Below are positions 35,279-45,798 of a DNA stretch of 64,000 nucleotides, one piece after another. The DNA is from an uncultured Actinomycetes bacterium (GTDB lineage Bacteria > Actinomycetota > Thermoleophilia > UBA2241). Position 1 is the first letter of the stretch; each line of letters opens with the position of its first letter. The stretch lies in assembly GCA_963725665.1 (NCBI GenBank), contig CAVRZA010000004.1:288001-352000 (forward strand), read 5' to 3'. Under the pieces are notes generated by a model. That model saw nothing but the letters and a program-made list of their open reading frames with translations. It had not been told where the DNA came from and made no database searches. A program made the position numbers and the translations under genes.

Positions 35279-36460
35279 ATGAGCGGCTCGGTGAGACGGC
35301 CCGACGAGCGGTCGGGTCGCGCGGGCGACGAAGCCCCGCGCCACGACCCGCCGCTGGCCATGATCATGGCCGCCGGTCTCGGCACGCGCTTGTGGCCGCT
35401 CACCGACCAGACGGCCAAGCCCATGGTGCCGGTCCTCAACCGGCCGGTCATGGAACACATCGTGAGGCTGCTCGCCAAGCACGGCATCACGAAGGTGTGC
35501 GCGAACCTGCACCACCACCCCGATGCGATCGTCGAGCGCTTCGGCGACGGCAGCGCGTTCGGTGTCGAGATCGCCTTCCGCTTTGAGGAGGAGCTTCTCG
35601 GCACGGCCGGCGGCGTCGGCAACTTTCGCGACGTGCTGGGCGAGGAGACCTTCCTCGTCATGAGTGCCGACAGCCTCACCGACATCGACCTCAGTGCGTT
35701 CCTGGCTCACCATCGCGCCTGCGGAGGCATCGCCACCATGGCCGTGAAGCGGGTCTCCGACCCGTCGCTGTACGGCGTCGTCGTCAACGACTTCGCCGAC
35801 CGCGTCACCGGCTTCCAGGAGAAGCCCGCCGCGCGCGAGGCTCTCTCCGACCTCTGCAACTGCGGCATCTACGCCTTCGAGCCGGCCATCTTCGACTACG
35901 TGCCGCCGGCGGTCTTCGTCGACTGGGCCAAGGACGTCTTCCCGCGGCTGCTGGCCGACGAGATGCCCTTCTACGTCTGGTCCCTCGAGGGGTACTGGAA
36001 CGACGTGGGCAGTATCGACGCCTACCGCGAGGGCAACTTCGACGCGCTCTGCCGGCGCGTCGCCATCGACATGCCGGGACGCGAGGTTCGCCCCGGCGTG
36101 TGGATCGGCGCCGGCACGGTGCTCCCCGACACGGTCGCGGTCGCGCCCCCGGTGCTGCTTGGCGAGGACTGCGTCGTGCAGCCCGGCGTGACGCTCACCG
36201 GACCGCTCATCGTCGGCGACCGTTGTATAATCGAATCGGGCGCGGTCTTAGAGGGCGTGATCCATTGGGATGGGTGTAAGACCGGGCGGAACGCCAACCA
36301 CGCCGGCGCTATCGTCGGCAGCGGCGTTCACGTTCACAACGACGCTCAGGTGCACGAGGGCGCCGTCATCGGTGAGGGCAGCGTCATCGATGCGGGGGCC
36401 ACGGTCCCTGCCGACGCTCGCATCGAGGCCGGGCGCCACGTGCCCGCCACCGCCGCGTGA
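35279..36460 (+). CDS. Second NDP-sugar synthase (nucleotidyltransferase plus hexapeptide repeats)
   Basis: AAGLGTRL.PLT, KP, LLGTAGG, FQEKP, YWNDVG. Confidence 0.9.
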   Translation: MSGSVRRPDERSGRAGDEAPRHDPPLAMIMAAGLGTRLWPLTDQTAKPMVPVLNRPVMEHIVRLLAKHGITKVCANLHHHPDAIVERFGDGSAFGVEIAFRFEEELLGTAGGVGNFRDVLGEETFLVMSADSLTDIDLSAFLAHHRACGGIATMAVKRVSDPSLYGVVVNDFADRVTGFQEKPAAREALSDLCNCGIYAFEPAIFDYVPPAVFVDWAKDVFPRLLADEMPFYVWSLEGYWNDVGSIDAYREGNFDALCRRVAIDMPGREVRPGVWIGAGTVLPDTVAVAPPVLLGEDCVVQPGVTLTGPLIVGDRCIIESGAVLEGVIHWDGCKTGRNANHAGAIVGSGVHVHNDAQVHEGAVIGEGSVIDAGATVPADARIEAGRHVPATAA

Positions 36461-37233
36461 GCCCCGCCATAGGGCAGCTCGCCGACGGGCTCCTCGACCT
36501 CTTCCTTCCCAAACGGTGCGTGCAGTGCGGCGCGCCCGGCCGCTGGTTGTGCGCGGCGTGCGCGCGCGGCTTGCGGCCCCTCGAGGGGCCCTGCTGCGCG
36601 CGCTGCGGGAGGCCCGCCTCGGTGCCGAGCTCGGAGTGTCCCGAGTGTCGCCAACGCGACCTGGGCTTCGTCTCGGCGCGCGCCGCTTTCGCTTACGAGG
36701 GGCCGGCGCGCAAGCTCGTGACGGCCTGCAAGTTCCGCTCGCTGCACTCGCTGGGCGTCGAGATGGCCGAGCTCGCGCAGGCGGCGTTCCGCGCGGCGAT
36801 GCTCGATGGCCCCGGCGGCGCCGATGCGGTGACATGCGTGCCGGTGCACCGCGACCGGCGCCTCGAAAGGGGCTTCAACCAGGCCGAGCTGCTGGCGCGC
36901 GAGCTGGCACGGCAGTCGGGCCTGCCGTTTCTGGCGGCGCTCGAGCGGCCGCGCCAGGGTGCGCGCCAGAGCGAGCTGAGCGGGGCCGCGCGGGCCGCCA
37001 ACGTCGCGGGAGCGTTCGCCGTCGTCCCTCGCACGGCCCCGCTTGTCGCGCCGTTCAAGAGGGTAGTAATCGTTGACGACGTCTATACGACAGGTGAGAC
37101 GTTGAGCCAGTGCTCCAGAGCGCTCGGAGACGGGGCCCGCGAGGTACGGGCCTTCACCTTCGCGCGCGCCGTGCGTCGTCACCTGTACGCGGGGTCGGCT
37201 GAAACCTCGTCCGCAAAGGAGCAGCGCCGATGA
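36457..37233 (+). CDS. comF: ComF family protein
   Basis: Double zinc ribbon, RGFNQA, VDDVYTTG. Confidence 0.92.
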   Translation: MSPAIGQLADGLLDLFLPKRCVQCGAPGRWLCAACARGLRPLEGPCCARCGRPASVPSSECPECRQRDLGFVSARAAFAYEGPARKLVTACKFRSLHSLGVEMAELAQAAFRAAMLDGPGGADAVTCVPVHRDRRLERGFNQAELLARELARQSGLPFLAALERPRQGARQSELSGAARAANVAGAFAVVPRTAPLVAPFKRVVIVDDVYTTGETLSQCSRALGDGAREVRAFTFARAVRRHLYAGSAETSSAKEQRR

Positions 37234-37844
37234 AGATCCAGATCAGGGGCCGCAACGTGATTGTCACCGACGCCCTGCACGAGTACGCGGAAGAGAAGCT
37301 GTCGCGATTGCAGCGCTACCTCCAGGAGCACCACACCGACGAGGTCAGTCGTGTCGAGCTCGAGCTCATGGTCGAGAAGAACAAGAGCATCGCGAACCCG
37401 CAGGTGGCCGAGGCGACCGTCTTCACGCGCGGCCCCGTGATCCGCGCCAAGGAGTCGTCGACCGACATGTACGCGTCGATCGACCTCGTGGCCGACAAGC
37501 TGCAGCGGCAGGTCAAGAGATACCGCGACCGCACCCAGCGCAAAGCGGAGCGCCACGCGCCCCCCGTCACGCAGGCGGTGCCGGCGGTCACGAACGATGA
37601 GGCGGTGCGGCGCGAGTCGGCTGCGGCCGGCACCGACCGGGACGGCGGCGACCATCCCGTCCCCGGCATCGTGAAGACGAAGCAGTTCATCATCAAGCCC
37701 ATGTCCGCCGAGGAGGCGGCCATGCAGATGGAGCTCGTGGGGCACGATTTCTTCGTGTTCAGGAACGCCGAGACCAACGATACCAACGTCGTCTACAGGC
37801 GCCGCGACGGCCAGTACGGCGTCATAGAGCCGTCCCGCGAGTAG
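37230..37844 (+). CDS. hpf: Ribosome hibernation promoting factor (long HPF)
   Basis: DMYASID, PMS.EEA..QMELVGHDFFVF. Confidence 0.95.
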   Translation: MKIQIRGRNVIVTDALHEYAEEKLSRLQRYLQEHHTDEVSRVELELMVEKNKSIANPQVAEATVFTRGPVIRAKESSTDMYASIDLVADKLQRQVKRYRDRTQRKAERHAPPVTQAVPAVTNDEAVRRESAAAGTDRDGGDHPVPGIVKTKQFIIKPMSAEEAAMQMELVGHDFFVFRNAETNDTNVVYRRRDGQYGVIEPSRE

Positions 37845-37938
37845 CAGGTGCGCCGCGCGGAGCCGCGAAGAGTGACGAACGAGCGGAGGCCGAGCGCCCC
37901 GACGGGCGCCCGGCCCCGGAGAGGACCGTAGGATCCAG

Positions 37939-40572
37939 ATGAGCATCGTCGACAAGCTCCTTCGCGCGGGCGAGGGTAAACGACTCAAGACGCTCGAACG
38001 GCAGGTGGGCGAGATCACCGCCCTCGAGCCAGAGATCGGCGCGCTGAGCGACGACGAACTGCGCGCCAAGACCGACGAGTTCAGGGAGCGTCTCGCCGAC
38101 GGCGAGACGCTCGACGACATCATGGCCGAGGCCTTCGCGGTCGTTCGCGAGGCGAGCAAGCGCGTGCTCGGCATGCGCCCCTTCGATGTGCAGGTCATGG
38201 GCGGCATCGTCCTGCATGAGGGCGACATCGCCGAGATGAAGACCGGCGAGGGCAAGACCCTCGCGGCGGTCATGCCGATGTACCTGAACGCGCTCGACGG
38301 CCGGGGCGCCCACCTGGTGACGGTCAACGACTACCTCGCCAAGCGCGACTCCGAGTGGATGGGGCCGATCTACGAGTCCCTCGGTCTCCGCGTCGGGCTG
38401 ATCCAGGCGATGATGGACCCGCCGGCGCGCCAGGAGGCTTACGGTGCCGACCTGACTTACGGCACCAACACCGAGTTCGGCTTCGATTACCTGCGCGACA
38501 ACATGGCGATGCGCCTCGACCACTGCGTGCAGCGGGGGCATCACTACTGCATCGTCGACGAGGTCGACTCCATCCTCGTCGACGAGGCGCGCACGCCGCT
38601 CATCATCAGCGGCGCCCCGGAGACGGCGGCCGACACGTACCGTCAGTTCGCGCGCATCGTCCCGCGGCTTCGTGCGGGCGAAGACTACGAGGTCGACGAG
38701 AAGCAGCGCACCGCGGCCGTCACGGAGTCCGGCGTGGCCAAGGTCGAGAAGGCGCTCGACGTCGACAACCTCTACAAGGACGGGCAGCTCGTCAACCATC
38801 TCGTGCAGGCGCTGCGCGCCGAGGCTCTCTACCACAAGGACGTCGAGTACGTGGTGAAGAACGGCGAGGTGCTGATCGTCGACGAGTTCACGGGGCGCAT
38901 CCTCGAGGGGCGGCGCTACTCCGAGGGCCTGCACCAGGCGATCGAGGCCAAGGAGCGCGTGCCCATCCGCGAAGAGAACCAGACCCTGGCGACGATCACG
39001 CTGCAGAACTACTTCCGCCTCTACGAGAAGCTCGCCGGCATGACCGGTACGGCCAAGACTGAGGAGGACGAGCTTCGCACGATCTACGGCCTCGACGTCG
39101 TGCAGATCCCGACCAACGTGCCCATGGTCCGCGGCGACAAGAACGACTTCATCTTCAAGACCAAGAAGGAGAAGTTCGCGGCCGTCGTGGCCGACATCAA
39201 GGAGCGCTACGACAACGGTCAGCCGGTGCTCGTCGGCTCGGTCTCGGTCGAGGTGAGTGAGATGCTCTCGGGCATGCTCGCGCGGCACGGCATCGAGCAC
39301 AACGTCCTCAACGCCAAGCAGCACGAGCGCGAGGCCGAGGTCATCAAGGACGCCGGGCTTCCCGGCGCCGTGACCATCGCCACCAACATGGCCGGCCGCG
39401 GCGTCGATATCAAGCTCGGCCCACGCGTCCCCGAGCTCGGCGGCCTCTACGTGCTGGGCACCGAGCGCCACGAGAGCCGGCGCATCGACAACCAGCTGCG
39501 CGGCCGCTCGGGGCGTCAGGGCGACCCCGGCGAGAGCCGCTTCTACCTCTCGGCAGAGGACGACCTCATCCGTCTGTTCGCTGGCGACCGCATGTACAAG
39601 GTGCTCGATCGGCTGGGGCCGGAGGAGGGTCTGCCGATCGAGCACAAGATGCTCTCCGGGGTCGTCGAGCGCGCGCAGAAGAAGGTCGAGGAGCTCAACT
39701 TCATGCGCCGCAAGAACGTGCTCAAGTACGACGAGGTCATGAACGAGCAACGGCGCGTCGTCTACGACCAGCGCGAACGCATCATCGCGGGCGAGGACTT
39801 CGGGGAGCAGGTGCAGGAGATGACCGAGGAGGTCGTCACGGCGGTCATCGAGGGCGGGCTCGAGGGTGAGTACCCCGAGGAGTGGGACCTCGACGGCCTC
39901 TTCGTGGGCCTCAGGAACGTGTACGACCCGACCTTCGGACCCGACGATCTCGAGATAACGTCGCTGACGCGGGCCGACCTCGAGGAACGCGCCGTCGACG
40001 ACGCCCTCGCGGCCTACTTCAAACGCGAGGAGATCATCGGCGAGGAGCAGATGCGTTCCGTCGAGCGGGCGGTGATGCTACAGGTGATCGACGGGCGCTG
40101 GAAGGACCACCTGCTCGACATGGACTATCTGCAGGAGGGCATCCATCTGCGCGCCCTGGGCCAGCGTGACCCGCTGGCGGAGTACAAGCACGAGGGCTAC
40201 GAGCTCTTCCAAGACATGCTCGGCGGCTTCAAGCAGAGCGTCGTCACAACGTTGCTCAAGAACAGCCCCGAGGACTTGGCCATCTTCGCCGCCATCACCC
40301 TCGAGCAGCCGATGACGGCGCTCAACTACTCGAGCGGCGAGGATCTCGCCTACCAGACGTCGTTCGCGGGCGCGGCGGCGGCCGCCGTGCCCGAGGCCGC
40401 CTACGAGCCGCAGGACGATGGCTACGGCGGCGCCGCGCCGGCGCCGCAGAACATACCCGGGGAGGTCGGGGCGGTCGCCGTCAAGCAGCGCGTCGTCACC
40501 GAGAAGGTGGGGCGCAACGACCCCTGTCCCTGCGGGAGCGGCAAGAAGTACAAGAAGTGTCACGGGGCGTGA
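37939..40572 (+). CDS. secA: Preprotein translocase SecA
   Basis: [46 protein letters not shown]. Confidence 0.98.
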   Translation: MSIVDKLLRAGEGKRLKTLERQVGEITALEPEIGALSDDELRAKTDEFRERLADGETLDDIMAEAFAVVREASKRVLGMRPFDVQVMGGIVLHEGDIAEMKTGEGKTLAAVMPMYLNALDGRGAHLVTVNDYLAKRDSEWMGPIYESLGLRVGLIQAMMDPPARQEAYGADLTYGTNTEFGFDYLRDNMAMRLDHCVQRGHHYCIVDEVDSILVDEARTPLIISGAPETAADTYRQFARIVPRLRAGEDYEVDEKQRTAAVTESGVAKVEKALDVDNLYKDGQLVNHLVQALRAEALYHKDVEYVVKNGEVLIVDEFTGRILEGRRYSEGLHQAIEAKERVPIREENQTLATITLQNYFRLYEKLAGMTGTAKTEEDELRTIYGLDVVQIPTNVPMVRGDKNDFIFKTKKEKFAAVVADIKERYDNGQPVLVGSVSVEVSEMLSGMLARHGIEHNVLNAKQHEREAEVIKDAGLPGAVTIATNMAGRGVDIKLGPRVPELGGLYVLGTERHESRRIDNQLRGRSGRQGDPGESRFYLSAEDDLIRLFAGDRMYKVLDRLGPEEGLPIEHKMLSGVVERAQKKVEELNFMRRKNVLKYDEVMNEQRRVVYDQRERIIAGEDFGEQVQEMTEEVVTAVIEGGLEGEYPEEWDLDGLFVGLRNVYDPTFGPDDLEITSLTRADLEERAVDDALAAYFKREEIIGEEQMRSVERAVMLQVIDGRWKDHLLDMDYLQEGIHLRALGQRDPLAEYKHEGYELFQDMLGGFKQSVVTTLLKNSPEDLAIFAAITLEQPMTALNYSSGEDLAYQTSFAGAAAAAVPEAAYEPQDDGYGGAAPAPQNIPGEVGAVAVKQRVVTEKVGRNDPCPCGSGKKYKKCHGA

Positions 40573-40739
40573 AGCGACTTCGTTTCACGCCGCGTGACGA
40601 TGCCTTCGGCTCGCCGCCTACGGCAGCGAGGTTGAGGCGTTGTCACGAGGCCCGGCGGCTACGGCCGCGGGCCTCGTGTGATGCCGTCGCCTACGGCCGT
40701 CTCATCCCGCGGTGTGTGGCTGATACACTGGACAATGAC

Positions 40740-41910
40740 ATGACGATTTCCGCTTCTGAAGCACTCGTCCACCTGGACTCGCTCCGCGAGCGGCTCAAGG
40801 ACGCCTCCGAGCGTCTGAGCTGGCTGCGGAGCTATCTTTGACCCCCCCAAGGTAGAAGCCGACATCGCGGCCCTCGAGGAGCGCATGCGCGCGCCCGACT
40901 TCTGGGAGGACCAGGAGCGCGCCTCGCGGGCCTCGGCCGAGTACAGCCGGCTAAAACGGCGTCTCGCGGAGTTCACGGAACTCGAGGACCAGCTCGGCGA
41001 CCTTGAGACAACGGAGGAGATGGTGCGCGAGGAGCTCGCCGGCGACTCCGTCGACGGCGAGCTCCTCGCCGAGCTCGAGACGGGGCTGCGCGATCTGGCG
41101 CGCAAGCTCGAGCGCAGCGAGGAGCAGCGCTTCTTCAGCGGCACCTACGACGAGGGCGGGGCCATCGTCACCATCCACCCGGGGGCCGGCGGCACCGAGT
41201 CGCAGGACTGGGCCGAGATGCTTCTGCGCATGTACCTGCGCTGGTTCGAGCGCCGCGGCTTCAAGGTCGAGATCAACGACACGCAGGAGGGCGACGAGGC
41301 CGGCCTCAAGAGCGCCACCATCACCGTCGAGGGCGAGAACGTCTACGGGCTGCTGGCCTCGGAGAAGGGCGTCCACCGGCTCGTTCGCCTCAGCCCGTTC
41401 GACTCGGCCAACCGCCGCCACACGAGCTTCGCCGCCGTCGAGGTGAGCCCGCTCGTCTCGGACGACGTCGAGATCGACGTCAACGAGGACGACCTGCGTA
41501 TCGATACATACCGCTCGAGCGGCGCCGGCGGCCAGCACGTCAACAAGACCAGCTCGGCGGTGCGCATCACCCATCTGCCCACGGGCATCGTCGTGCAGTG
41601 CCAGAACGAGCGCTCGCAGATCTCCAACCGGGCGACGGCCATGCGCATGCTGAAGTCACGTCTGCTCGAGCTCGAGGAGCGCAAGCGCGCCGAGGAGCTC
41701 GCCCGGGAACGCGGCGTGCAGATGGACGTCAACTTCGGCAGCCAGATCCGCAGCTACGTGTTGCACCCCTACCAGATGGTGAAGGACCTGCGCACCGGCC
41801 ACGAGACCGGCAACGCGCAGGCCGTGCTCGACGGCGACCTCGACCCGTTCGTGCACGAGTACCTCGTCTGGCGCTCGAAGAACGGCGTGGCCGACGGCCG
41901 CAGCGGCTAG
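40740..41910 (+). CDS. prfB: Peptide chain release factor 2, programmed +1 frameshift at CTT-TGA-C (40836-40842)
   Basis: GGAG-c-TAT-CTT-TGA-C; +1 frame continues into ORF with SPF and GGQ motifs. Confidence 0.96.
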
Positions 41911-41982
41911 CGTCGCCGGTCGCGCCACAATGGCCGTCACGGTCGTGGAAGACACGCGGCGCGTGGCGACCGGCCGCCCGAT

Positions 41983-42501
41983 GTGTCGATGACGACGCCA
42001 AAGCAACCGACTCTGAAAGGCGCCGGTCTGCTCCTGCGCCCGGCGACCCAGGCTGATTCGCCCGTCATGCAGGGCATCCTCAACGAGCCCGAGGTGTCCG
42101 AGTGGTGGGGCCGGACGCGCTGGGACGAGATAGGCCCCCAGTGGGGCGAGGTCGGCTTCGTCATCGAGGTCGACGGCGATGCCGCGGGTTACATCCAGTA
42201 CCTGGCCAACCTCGACCCCTGCTACCTGTTCGCGTCGCTAGACATCTTCGTCTCGGCTCTGTTTCAGGGGCGTGGCGTCGGCAGCGAGGCCATGCGAACG
42301 CTCATCGTCTATCTCTTCGATGAGCTCGGGCTACACCGGCTCACGATCGATCCCGCGGCGACCAACGAGCGCGCCATCCACCTGTACGAGAAGCTGGGCT
42401 TCAGGCGGGTGGGCATCATGCGCCGCTACGAACGCGTCGAAGGCGGACCGTGGCATGACGGCGTCCTCATGGAGCTCCTCGAGGAGGAATGGACGGGATG
42501 A
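41983..42501 (+). CDS. GNAT acetyltransferase (AAC(6')-like fold; substrate unknown)
   Basis: QGRGVG, TIDPAATNERAI.LYEKLGF. Confidence 0.8.
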   Translation: MSMTTPKQPTLKGAGLLLRPATQADSPVMQGILNEPEVSEWWGRTRWDEIGPQWGEVGFVIEVDGDAAGYIQYLANLDPCYLFASLDIFVSALFQGRGVGSEAMRTLIVYLFDELGLHRLTIDPAATNERAIHLYEKLGFRRVGIMRRYERVEGGPWHDGVLMELLEEEWTG

Positions 42502-42579
42502 CCAGAGGGCAGGCCCGATCAGCGCGTCATCTCGGAGGCGGTGGTCTGGACGCAGCGCCCAGGGCGCCCTCGGGAACGG

Positions 42580-43351
42580 TCAGTAGCCGTTGGCCGAGAA
42601 GTGCTGGTAGTCCTTGAGGGAGTGCCAGTCGCCGCCCCACTTCCAGCCCGCGGTGGCGAAGGCCCGTACGACGACGTCCCCGGCGTGGATCATCCCTTTG
42701 ACCCTCTGAGACCTGTCCACGTACGGGGCGGCCTGCGGCGGGTCGACCACGCCGTTGGCGATCTCCGGGTTCTCCAGGGGGTTGACGTCGATCGCTCGCC
42801 CGTAGGCGTGCTGCGACCAGGTGTCGGTGCCCGGCACCTTGCGGCCGTTGAAGGCCGAGGTGTTGTCGGCCCTCATGGAGCGCTCGTCGTCGGCGCCGTA
42901 GCGGTCGACGAGCTCCATGCGGCGGATCGGGAAGCGGGCGGCATAGAGCCTGCGCAGAGCCGAGACGATCGCCGCCGCGGCGTCGCGGTTGACGACGAGC
43001 CGGCCGATGTGCGGCGCGGCGGTCGAAGCCCCAGTAGCTCACGGAGACCAGGCGCAGCTCGTCGAGGCCGACGGGGCAGCCTGGCTGCCAGGTCCCGGCC
43101 GCGATCATCGACCGGCGCGTCGCCTCGTCGAGCTTGCTCACGGTGGCGTGGAAGGCGGCCTCCGGCGCGGCGGAGTGAGACGGAGAGGCGGTGGGGGAGG
43201 GAGCGGCGGTCGGCGAGGCAACGAAGGTCGTGGCGGCCGGCTGCGGCGAGGACGACGGCTGCGCCGTCGAGCCGCCGCAGCCGGCGGTCACCGAAGCGGA
43301 GACGACGAGCGCGGTGAGAGCGAGGCGGCGGATGACGCGCGGGTCCTTCAC
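42580..43351 (-). pseudogene. M15 family metallopeptidase lipoprotein, frameshifted near 43012
   Basis: Lipobox TAGC and GCPV..YWGFD in one frame; HIGRLVV...SQHAYGRAIDVNP..DYQHF in another; one extra base. Confidence 0.8.
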
Positions 43352-43445
43352 GGCGCCTAGTCTACGCCGGTCCCGGCACACACCTGGATGGGGCAGCGGC
43401 GTTGTCGAACGCGTCGCCGCGCGACTCGTCCGCGCGCGGCCGAGC

Positions 43446-44363
43446 CTAGAGCGGCACGCCCTCGACGCGGGCCGGGCGGGTGGTAGTTGTGACGGCGAGC
43501 GTCCGGCACTCCGTGCCGGCCGCGCGCAGCGTGTCGGCCATGGCCTCGCCGGCGGCCGCGGCTGACGGGCGCGAGGGCGCGAAGGCGATCAGGCTGGGGC
43601 CCGAGCCCGATAGGGCTACGGCCCCAGCCCCCGCTTCGCGCCCCGCGCCCAGCGCCGCACTTGCCCCCGGGATCATCCGCAGGCGTCTCTCCTGGTGGAG
43701 ACGATCGTCCATCACACGACCGAGAAGGCCGAGATCGCCCGAGCGCAGCGCTTCGACGACGAGCGCAGCGCGCCCGATGTTGTAGACCGCGTCGGCCAGA
43801 GGCACGACGTCCGGCAGGCTTTCCCTCGACTGGCGGGTGCTGGCGGCCACGGCCGGGATGACCACCGTCACGTGGGTGCGAGGCACGTCGAAACGGCGCA
43901 CCAGGAGCACGTCTTCGCGCTCGACGACGACGACGAGGCCGCCGTACAGGGCTGCCGCGACGTTGTCGGGGTGGCCTTCATGGCGCACGGCGCGCGCCAG
44001 GAGCTCGTCGGCGGTGAGCGGCCCGCCGAGCAGAGTGTTGGCGGCGATCAGACCGGCCAGCACCGCCGTGGCACTCGAACCCAGGCCGGAGGCCGGCGGC
44101 ACGCTGTTGCGACACGCGACGCGCAGCCCTCGTGGGCGCGCTGAGCGCTCTTCCAGGAGGTCGAGGGCCGCTCTGACGATCGGGTTTGACTCGTCGTCAG
44201 GCAGGAGGCCCGCCCCTTCGCCCTCGACGCTTATGTGCAGGCCGTCGACCCCAAGGGTGACCGTGACCTCGTTCCAGATATCGAGGGTCAGCCCCAAGCA
44301 GTCGAAGCCCGGGCCGAGATTCGCGGTCGTGGCGGGGACCGCCACGGTCACGACCCTAAGCAT
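43446..44363 (-). CDS. thrB: Homoserine kinase
   Basis: PATTANLGPGFD, GLGSSA, EGHPDN, LSGSGPS. Confidence 0.95.
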   Translation of the reverse strand: MLRVVTVAVPATTANLGPGFDCLGLTLDIWNEVTVTLGVDGLHISVEGEGAGLLPDDESNPIVRAALDLLEERSARPRGLRVACRNSVPPASGLGSSATAVLAGLIAANTLLGGPLTADELLARAVRHEGHPDNVAAALYGGLVVVVEREDVLLVRRFDVPRTHVTVVIPAVAASTRQSRESLPDVVPLADAVYNIGRAALVVEALRSGDLGLLGRVMDDRLHQERRLRMIPGASAALGAGREAGAGAVALSGSGPSLIAFAPSRPSAAAAGEAMADTLRAAGTECRTLAVTTTTRPARVEGVPL

Positions 44364-44561
44364 GGTCCGTTCATGCACGAGCTGCTCCTGACCGCCGCTC
44401 CTTCGCCGCCGCAACGACGCGGCCTAGCATACACGAGCGGGACGGCCGCCCTCGTGAAGCGCCGTGGCATCGGTGGCCCGCGGAGAGTAGGGAGGAGTCT
44501 ACGGCCTGCCGAACAGCCCCTGCCGGCGCCGATACCCTTTGCTATACTTGCTAGCTCCGAT

Positions 44562-44637
44562 GGGCGGCTAGCTCAGATGGGAGAGCGCCAGCTCGACAAG
44601 CTGGAGGTCGTTGGTTCGATTCCAACGTCGCCCACCA
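44562..44637 (+). tRNA. tRNA-Val(GAC)
   Basis: Full cloverleaf: acceptor GGGCGGC/GTCGCCC, anticodon arm CCAGC-TC GAC AA-GCTGG, TTCGATT loop, encoded CCA. Confidence 0.95.
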
Positions 44638-44693
44638 CCCCCTCGCCTGAGCAGGGACGGCCAGGTCTGGTCGCCCGGGCCACCCTCACAGTG

Positions 44694-45257
44694 CTAGCTC
44701 TCGGCGAGCTCGTGCGCCAGGGCGTGATACTTCTCGTGCACGCCGGCGCCGGTCTCCTCTTCCTCGATGCGCTCGAACTCCTCGGCCAGGCGGGCCTTGT
44801 CGCCGGCGGAGAGCGTGCGCTCGGCGAAGGGGAAGAGGACCTGGTTCTCCTTCTCGATGTGCGCCCGCAGCAGCTCGGCATAGCCCGCGAGGTTGTCGGC
44901 GACCACCGCGGCAGCGGCGGCATCGCCGGCGGCCGCCTGCGGCAGCGCTGCGGTTATCGCGCGACCGTGTCCTCGCCCCTGTTCGTGCTCGCGGAGCATC
45001 ACCGTGACCGGGCCAGAGGCCGCCGGACTGAGCTCCTGCAGCGTGGGGAAGAGGATCTTCTCCTCCTTGTTGTGGTGGCACCCGTCGGTGAACTCGCGCA
45101 TGAAGGCGACCATCTTCGTCACCTCATCGGGACGCACCGGCGCGCCGCCCCTGATCGCCTGCGCCTCACGGTCCATCGCGTCCACGACCAACAGGACGAC
45201 GGTGTGCTCGTGCTTGAGGATGTCGGTCGGTGCGAGCTGCTCGTCTGATTCGCTCAT
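44694..45257 (-). CDS. Hemerythrin (HHE) domain protein
   Basis: EH, HH.KEE..LFP, EH, HIEKEN.VLFP. Confidence 0.9.
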   Translation of the reverse strand: MSESDEQLAPTDILKHEHTVVLLVVDAMDREAQAIRGGAPVRPDEVTKMVAFMREFTDGCHHNKEEKILFPTLQELSPAASGPVTVMLREHEQGRGHGRAITAALPQAAAGDAAAAAVVADNLAGYAELLRAHIEKENQVLFPFAERTLSAGDKARLAEEFERIEEEETGAGVHEKYHALAHELAES

Positions 45258-45273
45258 CGCGCGCTCCTTCGGG

Positions 45274-45603
45274 TCACTTGGCCGCGTTCGGGCTGGGCGT
45301 CCTGACGATCAAGATGCGCACCGCTGCGTCGCCGTCGTTGCTGAACCCGTGCAGATGCCCGGCGCTGCTCGGGATGAGCGTCTGCGGACTCACCCGCTGC
45401 GACTCCTCCTCGATCTGGACGACGGGGGATCCCTCGATGACGAAGAAGGCGACGTCGACGGGGGCGGCGTGCGGAGGGACCGCCTCACCGGGCTCGAGGG
45501 TGAGCATGGACATCATCACGTGCGGCGTCTCGTGCAGGTGACGGACGCTGAGACCCATCGGGTTCTGCGCCATGGGCATCTCGTGGGGGACGATCGTCTG
45601 CAT
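45274..45603 (-). CDS. Cupin domain protein
   Basis: PGE.VPPH, FFVIEG, HLHGFSN; GGAGGT before ATG. Confidence 0.85.
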   Translation of the reverse strand: MQTIVPHEMPMAQNPMGLSVRHLHETPHVMMSMLTLEPGEAVPPHAAPVDVAFFVIEGSPVVQIEEESQRVSPQTLIPSSAGHLHGFSNDGDAAVRILIVRTPSPNAAK

Positions 45604-45709
45604 GGGACCTCCGTTGGTCTCGCGTGTCTCGGTCGGGATCAGCGCCGGTGTCGACGAAGTCGGCCGCCGGCGCTCACGCTCGCATTCCCCTGCGGGCCGC
45701 ATCCGCTAG

Positions 45710-45783
45710 CTTGACGTTGGTCAAGTCACGCGGCCCGGGGTTCTTTCCGCGGGCTGACGTTGGTCAAGTCACGCGGCCCGGGG
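45710..45783. promoter_or_regulatory. Tandem 29-bp direct repeat containing an Fnr/Crp-like palindrome
   Basis: TGACGTTGGTCAAGTCACGCGGCCCGGGG at 45712 and 45755; first copy reads CTTGAC-N4-GTCAAG. Confidence 0.65.
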
Positions 45784-45798
45784 GGCGTTCTGTGGCCG

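Noticed and set aside
41983-42501. Aminoglycoside resistance gene
   Set aside because: Fold-level similarity only; substrate cannot be inferred
45712-45783. Mini CRISPR array
   Set aside because: Only two repeats with a 14-nt gap and no cas genes
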